Translations under genes and position numbers: made by a program
Part shown: positions 1 to 9,294 of the stretch, piece by piece
Position numbering within the stretch: position 1 is the stretch's first letter
Layout: each line of letters begins with the position of its first letter
Notes under the pieces: generated by a model
Databases searched by the model: none
Told to the model about the DNA's origin: nothing
What the model saw: only the letters and a program-made list of their open reading frames with translations
From: an uncultured Candidatus Saccharibacteria bacterium
GTDB taxonomy: Bacteria > Patescibacteriota > Minisyncoccia > Phycocordibacterales > UBA1006
Direction: 5' to 3'
Length of the DNA stretch: 64,000 nt
Assembly: GCA_964601935.1 (NCBI GenBank)
Contig: CAZROP010000004.1
Span: forward strand, 6,493 to 70,492

Positions 1-401
1 CTGTTGGAATCGCATATCTAATGTATGCATGGTCACTACTACCGTGTATCCCTACACGACGTATTACTGTCGCAAGCACGAGTATTTGGGTATGTGTTGC
101 AGACACACCCACGGAACAGACACGTGGATTATCGTATTCACGCTATTTGCCAAAGAAGTGGGGAATGCTGTTTGTTTTTAGCGATTACAGCCATCATCAA
201 TTTTGGATGAAGGATATGAGGTATCCGATAGATATTCTATGGCTTAACGACGATCTGGAGCCCGTAGAGGTGGCGCGTGGTGCACATCCAGACAGTTATC
301 CTGGTCTGTTTACTCCTGTGTATGCAAACAGATTTGTCTTAGAAACAAGGCCGGGAGTAGTACCAGGAGCATATGATTCAGTATCTATTAGTGATGAATA
401 G
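1..401 (+). CDS. DUF192-family protein, 5-prime partial (open upstream of window)
   Basis: Motifs GMLFVF...FWMKDMRYPIDILWL typical of DUF192/COG1430; reading frame open to position 3 so true start is probably outside window. Confidence 0.5.
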   Translation, partial: VGIAYLMYAWSLLPCIPTRRITVASTSIWVCVADTPTEQTRGLSYSRYLPKKWGMLFVFSDYSHHQFWMKDMRYPIDILWLNDDLEPVEVARGAHPDSYPGLFTPVYANRFVLETRPGVVPGAYDSVSISDE

Positions 402-730
402 TATTCAGGGCATTAGTCATGTCAAACTTTCATAGAAAAAGCTATTCTAGAGACGCATACTTTGACAGTATTGTCTGAAGGTTCTGGAATTGATGGTTTT
501 CACCAGAGCATAATTGAGTATCCAGGATAAATAGCGCACAATGGAAAAGTCGTAAGATATTAATCACAACCTTAACCAAAGACCTCTGCGGGGGAACGTC
601 TATGGATACCAAATCACCTGATGATCCTATATCATCATGCTTTCATCAGAAGCGTGCTCTTTTTTCTAATTCGATAAGATTGAGCATGCTAAATAGATCA
701 GAATATATAACGCAGTACACACGATAACCT

Positions 731-2026
731 ATGTTAAAAGTTAAATCAGAAGTTATAACAACAGTTACAAAACGTGATGGTTCAATTGTTCCTTTTACTG
801 TTTCCAAAATTGCACTGGCAGTCAAAAAGGCTATGAAATCTACTGCGGATTTCAAGATTGTTGACCAACACGAGGAAATAGCAAAAAATGTACTCGAGAA
901 ACTCGAAGAGTCACATATCTCTAATCCTGGTAAGAAAATTTCTGTTGAATACGTTCAGGATACCGTAGAGCTCGCCCTGATGGAGGCAGGCTACCATGCG
1001 GTTGCAAAATCATATATTATCTATAGAGATCATCGCGCACAGATGCGAAAGCGAGATATCTTCAAGAAACGTGTAAACCTAAAGCCGTACGAGTACCCGG
1101 AGTTGTTAGAGTATGTAGATGCAATCAGGCATTCGTATTGGATTCATACCGAGTTTAATTTTACGAGCGATATTCAGGATTTCAAAGTAAACATTAACCC
1201 CGCTGAACGAAGTGCCCTGAAACATGCGATGTTAGCTATCGCTCAGATAGAGGTAGCGGTAAAGACATTCTGGGGCGACGTATACAAGAAAATGCCAAAG
1301 CCAGAAATAGGGTCAGTAGGGGCAACCTTTGCAGAAAGCGAGGTGCGTCATCAGGATGCGTATGCTCACTTGCTGGAAATCCTAGGTCTCAATAATGAAT
1401 TTGAAAAGATTAAAGATATTCCTGTAATCATAGATCGTGTAAACTACCTGGAAAAGTCGCTGAGAAATTCCCGCAGCGATGATAATCAGGAGTATGCACA
1501 GTCTGTCCTACTGTTTTCTCTGTTTATCGAACATGTATCGCTCTTTTCCCAGTTCTTGATCATTATGTCGTTTAATAAGCACAAAAATTTGTTCAAAGGA
1601 ATTTCCAATGTAATCGAGGCGACCTCAAAGGAAGAACAAATTCACGGATTATTTGGTATTGATCTAATAAAAATTATTCACGAAGAACATCCCGACTGGT
1701 TCGATACTGAACATAAAGAAGCCATTACTGAGCTGTGCAGGGAAGCCTACGAAGCAGAGAGTAAGCTCGTTGATTGGATATTCGAAAAAGGCGAAGTAGA
1801 CTTTCTCCCGACTAACACAGTAAAAGAGTTTATAAAACATAGGTTCAATAATTCATTACATTCAATCGGACTACCCCGTATATTCCCAATTGATGAAAAA
1901 GTTCTCGAGGAAACAGACTGGTTTGACGACGAGGTAATAGCTACAAAACATGGGGACTTCTTTGTAAAAAGATCAATAAATTATAACAAACGAAGCAAGA
2001 GCATTACTGGTGAGGACCTCTTTTAG
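731..2026 (+). CDS. nrdB: ribonucleotide reductase class I small subunit (R2) with N-terminal ATP-cone
   Basis: N-terminal ATP-cone (VTKRDGSIVPFTVSKIALAVKKA) followed by ferritin-like R2 core (EVRHQDAY, iron ligand helices); 431 aa. Confidence 0.8.
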   Translation: MLKVKSEVITTVTKRDGSIVPFTVSKIALAVKKAMKSTADFKIVDQHEEIAKNVLEKLEESHISNPGKKISVEYVQDTVELALMEAGYHAVAKSYIIYRDHRAQMRKRDIFKKRVNLKPYEYPELLEYVDAIRHSYWIHTEFNFTSDIQDFKVNINPAERSALKHAMLAIAQIEVAVKTFWGDVYKKMPKPEIGSVGATFAESEVRHQDAYAHLLEILGLNNEFEKIKDIPVIIDRVNYLEKSLRNSRSDDNQEYAQSVLLFSLFIEHVSLFSQFLIIMSFNKHKNLFKGISNVIEATSKEEQIHGLFGIDLIKIIHEEHPDWFDTEHKEAITELCREAYEAESKLVDWIFEKGEVDFLPTNTVKEFIKHRFNNSLHSIGLPRIFPIDEKVLEETDWFDDEVIATKHGDFFVKRSINYNKRSKSITGEDLF

Positions 2027-2050
2027 CAGCACAAATAAACATTATATATT

Positions 2051-3721
2051 ATGAAATGGCTCAACGATTACAGTAGACAATTTTTGTCCAAAGGGTATTT
2101 GACTGATGGTCAGACAGCAGAGGAGCGAATTAGATTTATTGCAGACAAGGCAGAAGAGATACTGGGTATTGATGGTTTTGCCGACAAGTTTTATGGCTAT
2201 ATGGAAAAGGGGTATTACTCACTCTCTACGCCGGTATGGTCTAATTTTGGACTACGTAGAGGATTGCCTATCAGTTGTTTCGGCTCGTACATTGATGACG
2301 ATATGGGGCAGATTCTGTATACCCATGGGGAAGTGGGCATGATGACAAAGTTTGGTGGGGGTACCTCGGGATTTTTCGGTGGGTTGCGTCCCAGGGGGGC
2401 AGCAATCAGTAACAACGGTACATCATCAGGGTCGGTGCATTTTATGAAATTATTCGAAGGCGTAGTAGACGTCGTAAGTCAAGGATCAACACGTCGAGGG
2501 CATTTCTCGCCCTACTTACCAGTAGAACATCCTGATATCGAAGAGTTTTTGGATATAGGCACCGAGGGAAATCCTATACAGGAATTGACCCATGCTGTCA
2601 CCGTAACTAACGAATGGATGGAATCTATGATAGGGGGTGATGCAGAAAAACGTGCGCTCTGGGCAAAGGTGATTCAACGTCGATCACAGATCGGCTATCC
2701 CTATATATTATTCACTGATAATGCCAACAACAATACTGTGGATGTATACAAAGATAAGGGGTTGAAAATAGTTGCCAGCAATCTGTGTAGCGAGATTATG
2801 TTGCCCTCTACGCGAGATTGGTCGTTTGTATGCAATTTATCATCATTGAATCTGTTGCATTATGAGGAGTGGAAAGATACTGACGCAGTAGAGACTATGG
2901 TATATTTCCTCGATGCAGTCATGACGGAATTTATTGAAAAGCTGGAGCATTTCCGTGACTCAGACAGCAAAGACGACAACACCGTATTCCATTTTATGGA
3001 GAGAACCTATAACTTTGCTGTGGCGAACCGTGCGCTAGGTCTGGGTGTATTGGGTTGGCATTCATTGCTGCAGAGCAAGATGCTGGCATTCGAGAGTCCT
3101 GCTGCATCAAAGCTCAACGTCACCATCTTCAAAACCATCAAAGAGCGTGCATACGCCGCATCAAAAGAGCTCGCCAACATGTTCGGGGAGCCATCGGTAC
3201 TGGCAGGTTATGGTAGACGAAATACCACGCTCTGTGCGATTGCGCCGACTACATCGTCTGCATTTATTTTGGGACAGGTATCACAAAGCATCGAACCCAT
3301 TTGGTCAAACTGCTATGTAAAGGATATTGCGAAGCTGAAAGTAACGATCAAAAACCCATTTCTCGAGGCGCTCCTCAAAGAGAAAGACAAAAACACCAAA
3401 GAGGTCTGGAATAGTATTCGAGACAACGATGGCTCTGTGCAGCACCTATCATTTTTGACAGAAGACGAAAAAGATATATTCAAAACATTCTCTGAAATAG
3501 ACCAGTACGCCATCATAGATCAGGCTGCTGTCAGGCAGTTGTATATAGATCAGGCGCAGTCACTGAATCTTATGATAAACCCGAATGTCCCCATCAAAGA
3601 TATAAACGCTCTCTATATAGAGGCTTGGAAAAAAGGTATAAAATCACTCTACTATCAGCACAGTATGAATGCTGCCCAGACCCTGAGTAGAAAGAAAATT
3701 TGTGCTAATTGTGAGGCATAA
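2051..3721 (+). CDS. nrdA: ribonucleotide reductase class I large subunit (R1) without ATP-cone
   Basis: Catalytic core motifs (SNLCSEI, C-terminal CxxC tail CANCEA); only 556 aa, begins directly at helical domain with no ATP-cone. Confidence 0.85.
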   Translation: MKWLNDYSRQFLSKGYLTDGQTAEERIRFIADKAEEILGIDGFADKFYGYMEKGYYSLSTPVWSNFGLRRGLPISCFGSYIDDDMGQILYTHGEVGMMTKFGGGTSGFFGGLRPRGAAISNNGTSSGSVHFMKLFEGVVDVVSQGSTRRGHFSPYLPVEHPDIEEFLDIGTEGNPIQELTHAVTVTNEWMESMIGGDAEKRALWAKVIQRRSQIGYPYILFTDNANNNTVDVYKDKGLKIVASNLCSEIMLPSTRDWSFVCNLSSLNLLHYEEWKDTDAVETMVYFLDAVMTEFIEKLEHFRDSDSKDDNTVFHFMERTYNFAVANRALGLGVLGWHSLLQSKMLAFESPAASKLNVTIFKTIKERAYAASKELANMFGEPSVLAGYGRRNTTLCAIAPTTSSAFILGQVSQSIEPIWSNCYVKDIAKLKVTIKNPFLEALLKEKDKNTKEVWNSIRDNDGSVQHLSFLTEDEKDIFKTFSEIDQYAIIDQAAVRQLYIDQAQSLNLMINPNVPIKDINALYIEAWKKGIKSLYYQHSMNAAQTLSRKKICANCEA

Positions 3722-3892
3722 TATATCCTGTAGCTAATGGTTTCTGGTGGAAATCTCGGCGGAGATTATCAGTTTTTGGTGTATACTGAACAGTATATGG
3801 CAGAACGTATCAAATTTCGCAAAGAGGAAAAGAAAAAGCCCAAAGACGACAATGAAAAAAAGCTCAAAAAGAAGAGAGAGTACTAAGAGCTT

Positions 3893-4516
3893 ATGTTAGA
3901 TTACCTCAATGCAGAGCACCTAGCGCTGATACCATCTGCATGGGCGTATGCAGGGTTATTAGTTATATGCTTTTTAGAGGGGTTACCTTTGGTCGGTAGT
4001 ATCGTAGCAGGAGGCACTATTGTTTTTGCGGTCGGTACAGTTGCATTAGTCGGAGTAATAGATCCTGTGATCGCTATGGCAGTTGCAACAGCGGGCAGCT
4101 GTCTGGGTGATTTATTCGGATTTTTTGTCCTGCGCCAATATGGTGAGCGGGTACCATTCCTGAAAAAACTTCTCATAGGCGTGCGCAATAACGAAGGTTG
4201 GCTGTCAGACACGTTCGATCGCCGGTATTTCATGATAACGGTGGTATCGCGACTCGTGCCATTTATACGATCGGCGCCATCATTGATCGCAGCCGTCCGG
4301 TCGGTACCTGCGCGCGGATATATCAGTGCAAGTATTCTAGCGTCAGCATTGTGGGCGACTACAGGTATTGCTGCGGGATACGGGTTGGCAGCAATTATTG
4401 ATCCCAAGTATATCATGTTGTTCGTAATAGGTTTTTGTATAGTGTCATCACTGATTGGCATATACAAATACACTCGTGAAAAACGTAGCCCCAAGACCAA
4501 AGTTCACACGGTATGA
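3893..4516 (+). CDS. DedA/SNARE-associated (VTT domain) membrane protein
   Basis: Multi-TM protein with GDLFGFF...YG motif characteristic of DedA family. Confidence 0.65.
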   Translation: MLDYLNAEHLALIPSAWAYAGLLVICFLEGLPLVGSIVAGGTIVFAVGTVALVGVIDPVIAMAVATAGSCLGDLFGFFVLRQYGERVPFLKKLLIGVRNNEGWLSDTFDRRYFMITVVSRLVPFIRSAPSLIAAVRSVPARGYISASILASALWATTGIAAGYGLAAIIDPKYIMLFVIGFCIVSSLIGIYKYTREKRSPKTKVHTV

Positions 4517-5028
4517 CCTTTGCGGAATTACACACGCATATACGACAGTACGCTGCTGACAGAATGCCACAAGCACTATCGGAAATGCTGGCTGCAATGC
4601 GCTTGGCAGAGTATCTGAACAGTACTCATGGCACCCATTATGATGCAGTATCCAAAGACGCCCAATTCGAGGATGATGGTGTCGATGCGTCTATTTATAA
4701 TTCACGCAATCAGGAAGAAATACAGTACATTCAGGTCACCCGTGCGCGCGAATATGACATGGCACCCGGGCCTGCTAATACCGATGTAGATATAACGGGT
4801 GAACAAATACTAGAGGCGTTGCTGTACAAATGCTCGGTCTATATTCCACGCGGGGTGTACACCCATGGAATGGTACTGCTGATTGTTGGAGTAACTCCTG
4901 CGGATATTGTGCGCGATTTATTAGAACAGGGAATATTCAGCGAGGCTATACGCAATGGTGATTGTTTTGCTGGCGTATACTACCTGACAGGGAAGGAGGT
5001 GGTTGACTTGAAGGGAGGACAGGCATAG
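4513..5028 (+). CDS. hypothetical protein
   Basis: 171-aa ORF overlapping upstream stop by 4 bp (ATGA), no recognisable motifs. Confidence 0.4.
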   Translation: MTFAELHTHIRQYAADRMPQALSEMLAAMRLAEYLNSTHGTHYDAVSKDAQFEDDGVDASIYNSRNQEEIQYIQVTRAREYDMAPGPANTDVDITGEQILEALLYKCSVYIPRGVYTHGMVLLIVGVTPADIVRDLLEQGIFSEAIRNGDCFAGVYYLTGKEVVDLKGGQA

Positions 5029-5070
5029 ACTGGGTATATGTGATCTTGGGTAGGGTTACATAAATAGCCT

Positions 5071-5415
5071 ATGAACATGAAGTTTTTATCAAAATTCATT
5101 GCAGTTATCCTCCTGTGTTCGTGGGGGTATGGTTTGGCTCACCTGGTTCATATGGGAATCATGTCTTCTACAGAAAGCTGCCCGCATGCTCAAAACTCAC
5201 ATGAACTGTGCAAGACGATACTGAATAGCCAGACGACAGAAAAAATAATACAAAAAGAAATACTCATATTTCTATTGATAGTAATCCCATTTTTATTTAT
5301 TGCGGTACCCGTAATACGGTACTCAGAGAAACCCTTAAAAATACGTAATAACAAATTTCCCTCGCTACTCCAAGAGCTCTTTTCTCGAGGGATACTCAAT
5401 CCGAAAGCACCATAA
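5071..5415 (+). CDS. hypothetical small membrane protein
   Basis: 114-aa ORF with two hydrophobic segments. Confidence 0.3.
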   Translation: MNMKFLSKFIAVILLCSWGYGLAHLVHMGIMSSTESCPHAQNSHELCKTILNSQTTEKIIQKEILIFLLIVIPFLFIAVPVIRYSEKPLKIRNNKFPSLLQELFSRGILNPKAP

Positions 5416-5458
5416 CTATACATATATAACTTTATTTACTTAATTAATTTATATATTT

Positions 5459-5875
5459 ATGAAAACAAACACATTGATTTACATTGTTATCGCATTACAA
5501 GTAGTACTTATTATTTTCTGCATCTCGTGTTTCAGGGGGATGAATTCTATGGATATGGGTTCAGATCGAGGCATGTCAGGAATGCACATGATGCCGAATG
5601 GGGCAATGATGTCTAATTCAGGGGCTCATATGGATTCTATGATGATGGGCATGACTGCTCGTATGCAGGGAAAAACTGGCGATGAGCTGGAAAAAGTATT
5701 CCTAGAAGATATGATCGTTCATCACGAAGGAGCTGTCGAGATGGCCAAGGAGTTACAAAAAGGTACCAAGCGACCAGAACTTCAGAAAATGGCGAGAGAT
5801 ATTATTGGTGTACAAACAGACGAGATTACTATGATGAAGAAATGGCTCCGTGATTGGTTTGGGATTACAAATTAA
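5459..5875 (+). CDS. DUF305-family protein with Met-rich (MxM) N-terminal region, putative copper-binding
   Basis: Signal/TM then MDMGSDRGMSGMHMMPNGAMMSNSGAHMDSMMMGM followed by DUF305-like helical core (MIVHHEGAVEMA ... EITMMKKWL). Confidence 0.55.
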   Translation: MKTNTLIYIVIALQVVLIIFCISCFRGMNSMDMGSDRGMSGMHMMPNGAMMSNSGAHMDSMMMGMTARMQGKTGDELEKVFLEDMIVHHEGAVEMAKELQKGTKRPELQKMARDIIGVQTDEITMMKKWLRDWFGITN

Positions 5876-5927
5876 TCAGTATTATAATTATAAGTAGGGA
5901 GCAAGCCTGACTCATATTCTTTAGTCA

Positions 5928-5960
5928 TAAAACCACCCACATATATGTGGGTGGTTTTAA
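5928..5960. terminator. bidirectional Rho-independent terminator hairpin
   Basis: aaaaccacccacatatatgtgggtggtttta perfect hairpin flanked by A/T runs between convergent genes. Confidence 0.6.
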
Positions 5961-5993
5961 ATGGAAAAACTATTCGTAATAGATTGAATGCGG

Positions 5994-6956
5994 TCATCTA
6001 GGTAAAGGTTTTCTCTTTAAAATAAACCCACCCATTCCACCTGCACCGAATGGTATCACGAGTATATCTTTCTCCGTGTCTGGGCTGATTGAGTTTTCGC
6101 GTTCTTCTAATCGTCTTTCTAAGGCTATAAAACTACCTGAACAAGTCGGGTTTCCGTGTTCAATGGCAACTTGCTTAAACATTTTAATATTATATAAATT
6201 TTCAATTGTCTCCAGCAATTTTGGATTTGGTTGATGTGGCACTATGTCGTAATCATTTAGTGAAATTCCAAGTTTTCCAGCAACCAAAGCAGGTACCTTT
6301 GACGCTTGGTCACTTACTTCCTTGCCATCCATCTGCCAATATCCACCAATAATACCTAAATCCTCGTCAGCAATTGTTGATTCCGTTGCAAAAATATCAC
6401 CAATTTCCATAACTCCTTCAGATGTATTAGACCAAATTGATACAGAAACCGCATCAGAAAAAAGCGCCTCGACATTTCGATGTCTTACCATTTTTGTAGA
6501 CCAGTCTTGTGTCACATATACAGCATAAGTTTCGTCGGGTTGATTTTCAAACCACTTCTTCATTGCTTCTATTCCAACAATTGAACCGCCACAACCAAAA
6601 CTTTGATCAGAAACGTATACATCGTCAGAAAATCCAGCTTTTTGAGCAAACTTCTTGGTGAGTGATATTTCATCTGTTTTTCCATCAATAGTTATTGGAT
6701 TAGTGGTTCCAAAAACTGCACGTATTTTCTCTCTAGGAATTTTGTGAATATCAAGCAAAGTTTCAAAACAGGAGACAGAAGCATTGACTGGGGCATCTTC
6801 ATTATCCTCCCATGCGTGCCCTTTTTCTTTGCCAGTTTTTTCAGAAATCCACCCCTCAGGTAATCCGTATTTTTCCTCAATTTCTTTATTTAAAATAACT
6901 CTCTCGCCAAATTGATGTTTTAATCCTAATAATGAAATTGGCTTTTCCATATACAA
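5994..6956 (-). CDS. 3-oxoacyl-ACP synthase III (FabH)-like thiolase-fold protein
   Basis: Active-site-like SFGCGGS, His-x-x-Asn (HQPN), C-terminal GAGGMGG resembling FabH family. Confidence 0.5.
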   Translation of the reverse strand: MYMEKPISLLGLKHQFGERVILNKEIEEKYGLPEGWISEKTGKEKGHAWEDNEDAPVNASVSCFETLLDIHKIPREKIRAVFGTTNPITIDGKTDEISLTKKFAQKAGFSDDVYVSDQSFGCGGSIVGIEAMKKWFENQPDETYAVYVTQDWSTKMVRHRNVEALFSDAVSVSIWSNTSEGVMEIGDIFATESTIADEDLGIIGGYWQMDGKEVSDQASKVPALVAGKLGISLNDYDIVPHQPNPKLLETIENLYNIKMFKQVAIEHGNPTCSGSFIALERRLEERENSISPDTEKDILVIPFGAGGMGGFILKRKPLPR

Positions 6957-7045
6957 AAAAATTATCTTATGAAGTAGCTAATATCCTTATTATAAATCTT
7001 CGCAAAATCACTCCTTAGTTTAGAAAACGAAAACGTTTCGATTTA

Positions 7046-7064
7046 TGATCTCACGGGGAATCGA
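7046..7064 (-). repeat. 19-bp direct repeat of the tRNA-Glu 3-prime end (T-arm/acceptor), no intact tRNA fold
   Basis: tgatctcacggggaatcga identical to 7211-7229; adjoining sequence cannot be folded into a tRNA cloverleaf. Confidence 0.6.
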
Positions 7065-7210
7065 GTCACGCCACATGGTCGTCCGACTCGCTTTGCTCGT
7101 CTGCACTCCCTGTGTCCCGACCCGCTACAGTTCGACACCCCATGATACCACTTGCCAAATGCAAAAACCAATACTTCCATTAGGTCGTATCGGATTTTGC
7201 TTTGTCAATG

Positions 7211-7282
7211 TGATCTCACGGGGAATCGAACCCCGATTTACTCCGTGAAAGGGAGCCGTCCTAACCGTTAGACGATGAGACC
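7211..7282 (-). tRNA. tRNA-Glu (anticodon UUC)
   Basis: Reverse complement GGTCTCATCGTCTAACGGTTAGGACGGCTCCCTTTCACGGAGTAAATCGGGGTTCGATTCCCCGTGAGATCA folds as cloverleaf; anticodon loop CTTTCAC; T-loop GGTTCGATTCC. Confidence 0.8.
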
Positions 7283-7367
7283 GCAGGCACAAACGCGAGA
7301 CGAATCTCTGCTTGTGCATATGGTATAGTACCATGAATCGGGTCTTTTTCAAGTGGCAGATCTCTAC

Positions 7368-7814
7368 CTATTGCACGAGATTACTCTGTGATAGGTACTT
7401 CTCGAACACCGCATGCTCGTTTTCTATAATAGGGTACTGGCGATGGTCAGCAGGATCAATCCATAGATATGCATCGTGCTCGTTGCTGAGAATTACATCA
7501 GTTGAAATAGCTTTACAGAGGTAGAATATTCCAACAATCTGCCATTGCTCGCCACGGACGGCATGCCGCCACTCATCCACCAGTAGTGGCGTAATCATCT
7601 CTATCGCGAGCCCTGATTCCTCGCGTACTTCACGGTACAGACCATCTAGAAAATACTCGCCAGTGTTCAGCCGACCTCCCGGTAGTCCATATTTGCCGGC
7701 CTGGACTCCGTCGGGATTGGTGGTTGATTCGTGTAGTACAAGTACCTTGCCATCGTGAACGATGAATCCTTTGTTCGCGAGAAAAAACTTGTCTACTTTT
7801 GTTTCTTTATCCAT
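7368..7814 (-). CDS. NUDIX hydrolase
   Basis: Nudix box GGRLNTGEYFLDGLYREVREESGL. Confidence 0.8.
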   Translation of the reverse strand: MDKETKVDKFFLANKGFIVHDGKVLVLHESTTNPDGVQAGKYGLPGGRLNTGEYFLDGLYREVREESGLAIEMITPLLVDEWRHAVRGEQWQIVGIFYLCKAISTDVILSNEHDAYLWIDPADHRQYPIIENEHAVFEKYLSQSNLVQ

Positions 7815-8740
7815 AAATAGAGGTCTTCGAGTGCTCGTACGGCATCGCCCGCAGCTATATTATTCTGGTGGTACAAACAGTTGGTGCAGTCACCCGCAGC
7901 CCACAGGCGTGATAAACCTGTCGCACCACTTCGTGGATCAGCGATAATACGTCCTGCTTCATCAAGCAGGGGACCACTAATTTCCTTAGTAAAATCTTTT
8001 AATAATTCTGTGTTAGGAATCTGTCCTATCTCTATAAAAATCCCAGCAGTGGGGAGGACCACGTCTGATTCGCTGGGAGTGCTATAACGAATGCCTGATA
8101 CTAACTTATCGCCGAGTACTTCATGGATGGTGACGTTCTTTATTACTTTGAAATTCGGATTACTCATTGCAGCATTTATCGTAATCTCGTCTGCGCGAAA
8201 TGTGTCACTACGGTGGAGTAGGGTGACCGATGTGCAATACGCCAGCAGTTGCAGTGCGGATTCGAACCCTGCATTTCCCCCGCCCACAACGACGACATCC
8301 TGACCAGTGAATACTGGTCCATCGCACGATGCACAATAGGTCACTCCACGGTGTTCGAATTTATCTGCATTGATTGCGTCGAGCTTGCGGCGATTGCTAC
8401 CGAGAGTATACAGCAGGGAATGTGATCGTACTGCTGCACCAGATGCTGTATGAGTAGTGTATATATTCCCTTCTCTGGTTATTTTCTCTATCCGTGATAG
8501 ATGTACTGCGACATCTGGATATGCGCGTACGTGGGATTCGAGTGATTTTGCCAGGTCTGAACCCGAAATTTCTGGTGTTCCTATCCAATTATAGATGGTT
8601 TCTGATACCACCGACTGCCCTCCAAATGATTCTGTAATCAGTGCTGTTGATAGTTGTTTGCGTGCCGCATAGACTGCGCCCGCGCATCCCGCTGGACCAC
8701 CGCCCAGGATTGCCACATCATAAATTGTGTCTGAGTTCAT
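7793..8740 (-). CDS. trxB: thioredoxin-disulfide reductase
   Basis: FAD motif VAILGGGPAG, redox CASC DG motif, NADPH motif VVVVGGGNAG, C-terminal GDCT; start trimmed to ATG at 8740 (MNSDTIYDVAILGG). Confidence 0.8.
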   Translation of the reverse strand: MNSDTIYDVAILGGGPAGCAGAVYAARKQLSTALITESFGGQSVVSETIYNWIGTPEISGSDLAKSLESHVRAYPDVAVHLSRIEKITREGNIYTTHTASGAAVRSHSLLYTLGSNRRKLDAINADKFEHRGVTYCASCDGPVFTGQDVVVVGGGNAGFESALQLLAYCTSVTLLHRSDTFRADEITINAAMSNPNFKVIKNVTIHEVLGDKLVSGIRYSTPSESDVVLPTAGIFIEIGQIPNTELLKDFTKEISGPLLDEAGRIIADPRSGATGLSRLWAAGDCTNCLYHQNNIAAGDAVRALEDLYLWIKKQK

Positions 8741-9294
8741 ACAGGGGTTAGTATACCATAGGCTGGCCCAGAAAAATCGATCCTGAGCCAATTTTGAGCC
8801 TCGTAGTTGGGGAGAATCAAACAGGTAATTTGAGAGAGCACTACGGCGCATAGGTTATAGGTAGTTACAGCGGATTCTTGAGCTGTATCTCTGCAAGTCA
8901 GCAGACCCTCTGCCTCTAAACACTTATTTGTAGATATATTCTCTCGGATTCCTACTAATCGTTATTTTTATAAGACTATAATATTGTGCGACACAGAGAA
9001 AGCGGATTCGGGTAATTCGGAAGTTGGTTTTAGTATATTTATATTGTGTAAAAAACCTTTCTGAGTATCAATACTGGTAGTAATTACAACGATAATAGAG
9101 TAGAGAAGCATTAGAGACGGAAAACCTAGAAAGCCAGCTAAAGCGTGTAAAAATCACCATATTATTGATACGTTAATATCTCTATGTCGTAAAAGATATA
9201 TTGTACGACACACTGTATACAGCAGACCAGGGCTGGAATTCAGGCTGAGACATACCCCTCTGGCCCTAGTTCTCTGTTATAAATTAGCGCGTAG

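Noticed and set aside
7046-7140. Possible second full tRNA next to tRNA-Glu
   Set aside because: T-stem (CGTGA/CCCCG) and acceptor cannot pair; only the last 19 nt match a tRNA, so treated as a repeat/remnant.
7045-7352. ORF-track entries 7045..7248 (+) and 7125..7352 (-)
   Set aside because: They overlap the tRNA-Glu gene and its repeat; no coding signal, explained by RNA gene.
8741-8851. N-terminal 37-aa extension of trxB ORF (and similar extensions on rplI, ndk, gyrB, hisS, fmt, frr, rpsJ ORFs in the track)
   Set aside because: Conserved protein N-termini align to internal ATG codons; extensions have no homology and would overlap neighbouring genes.
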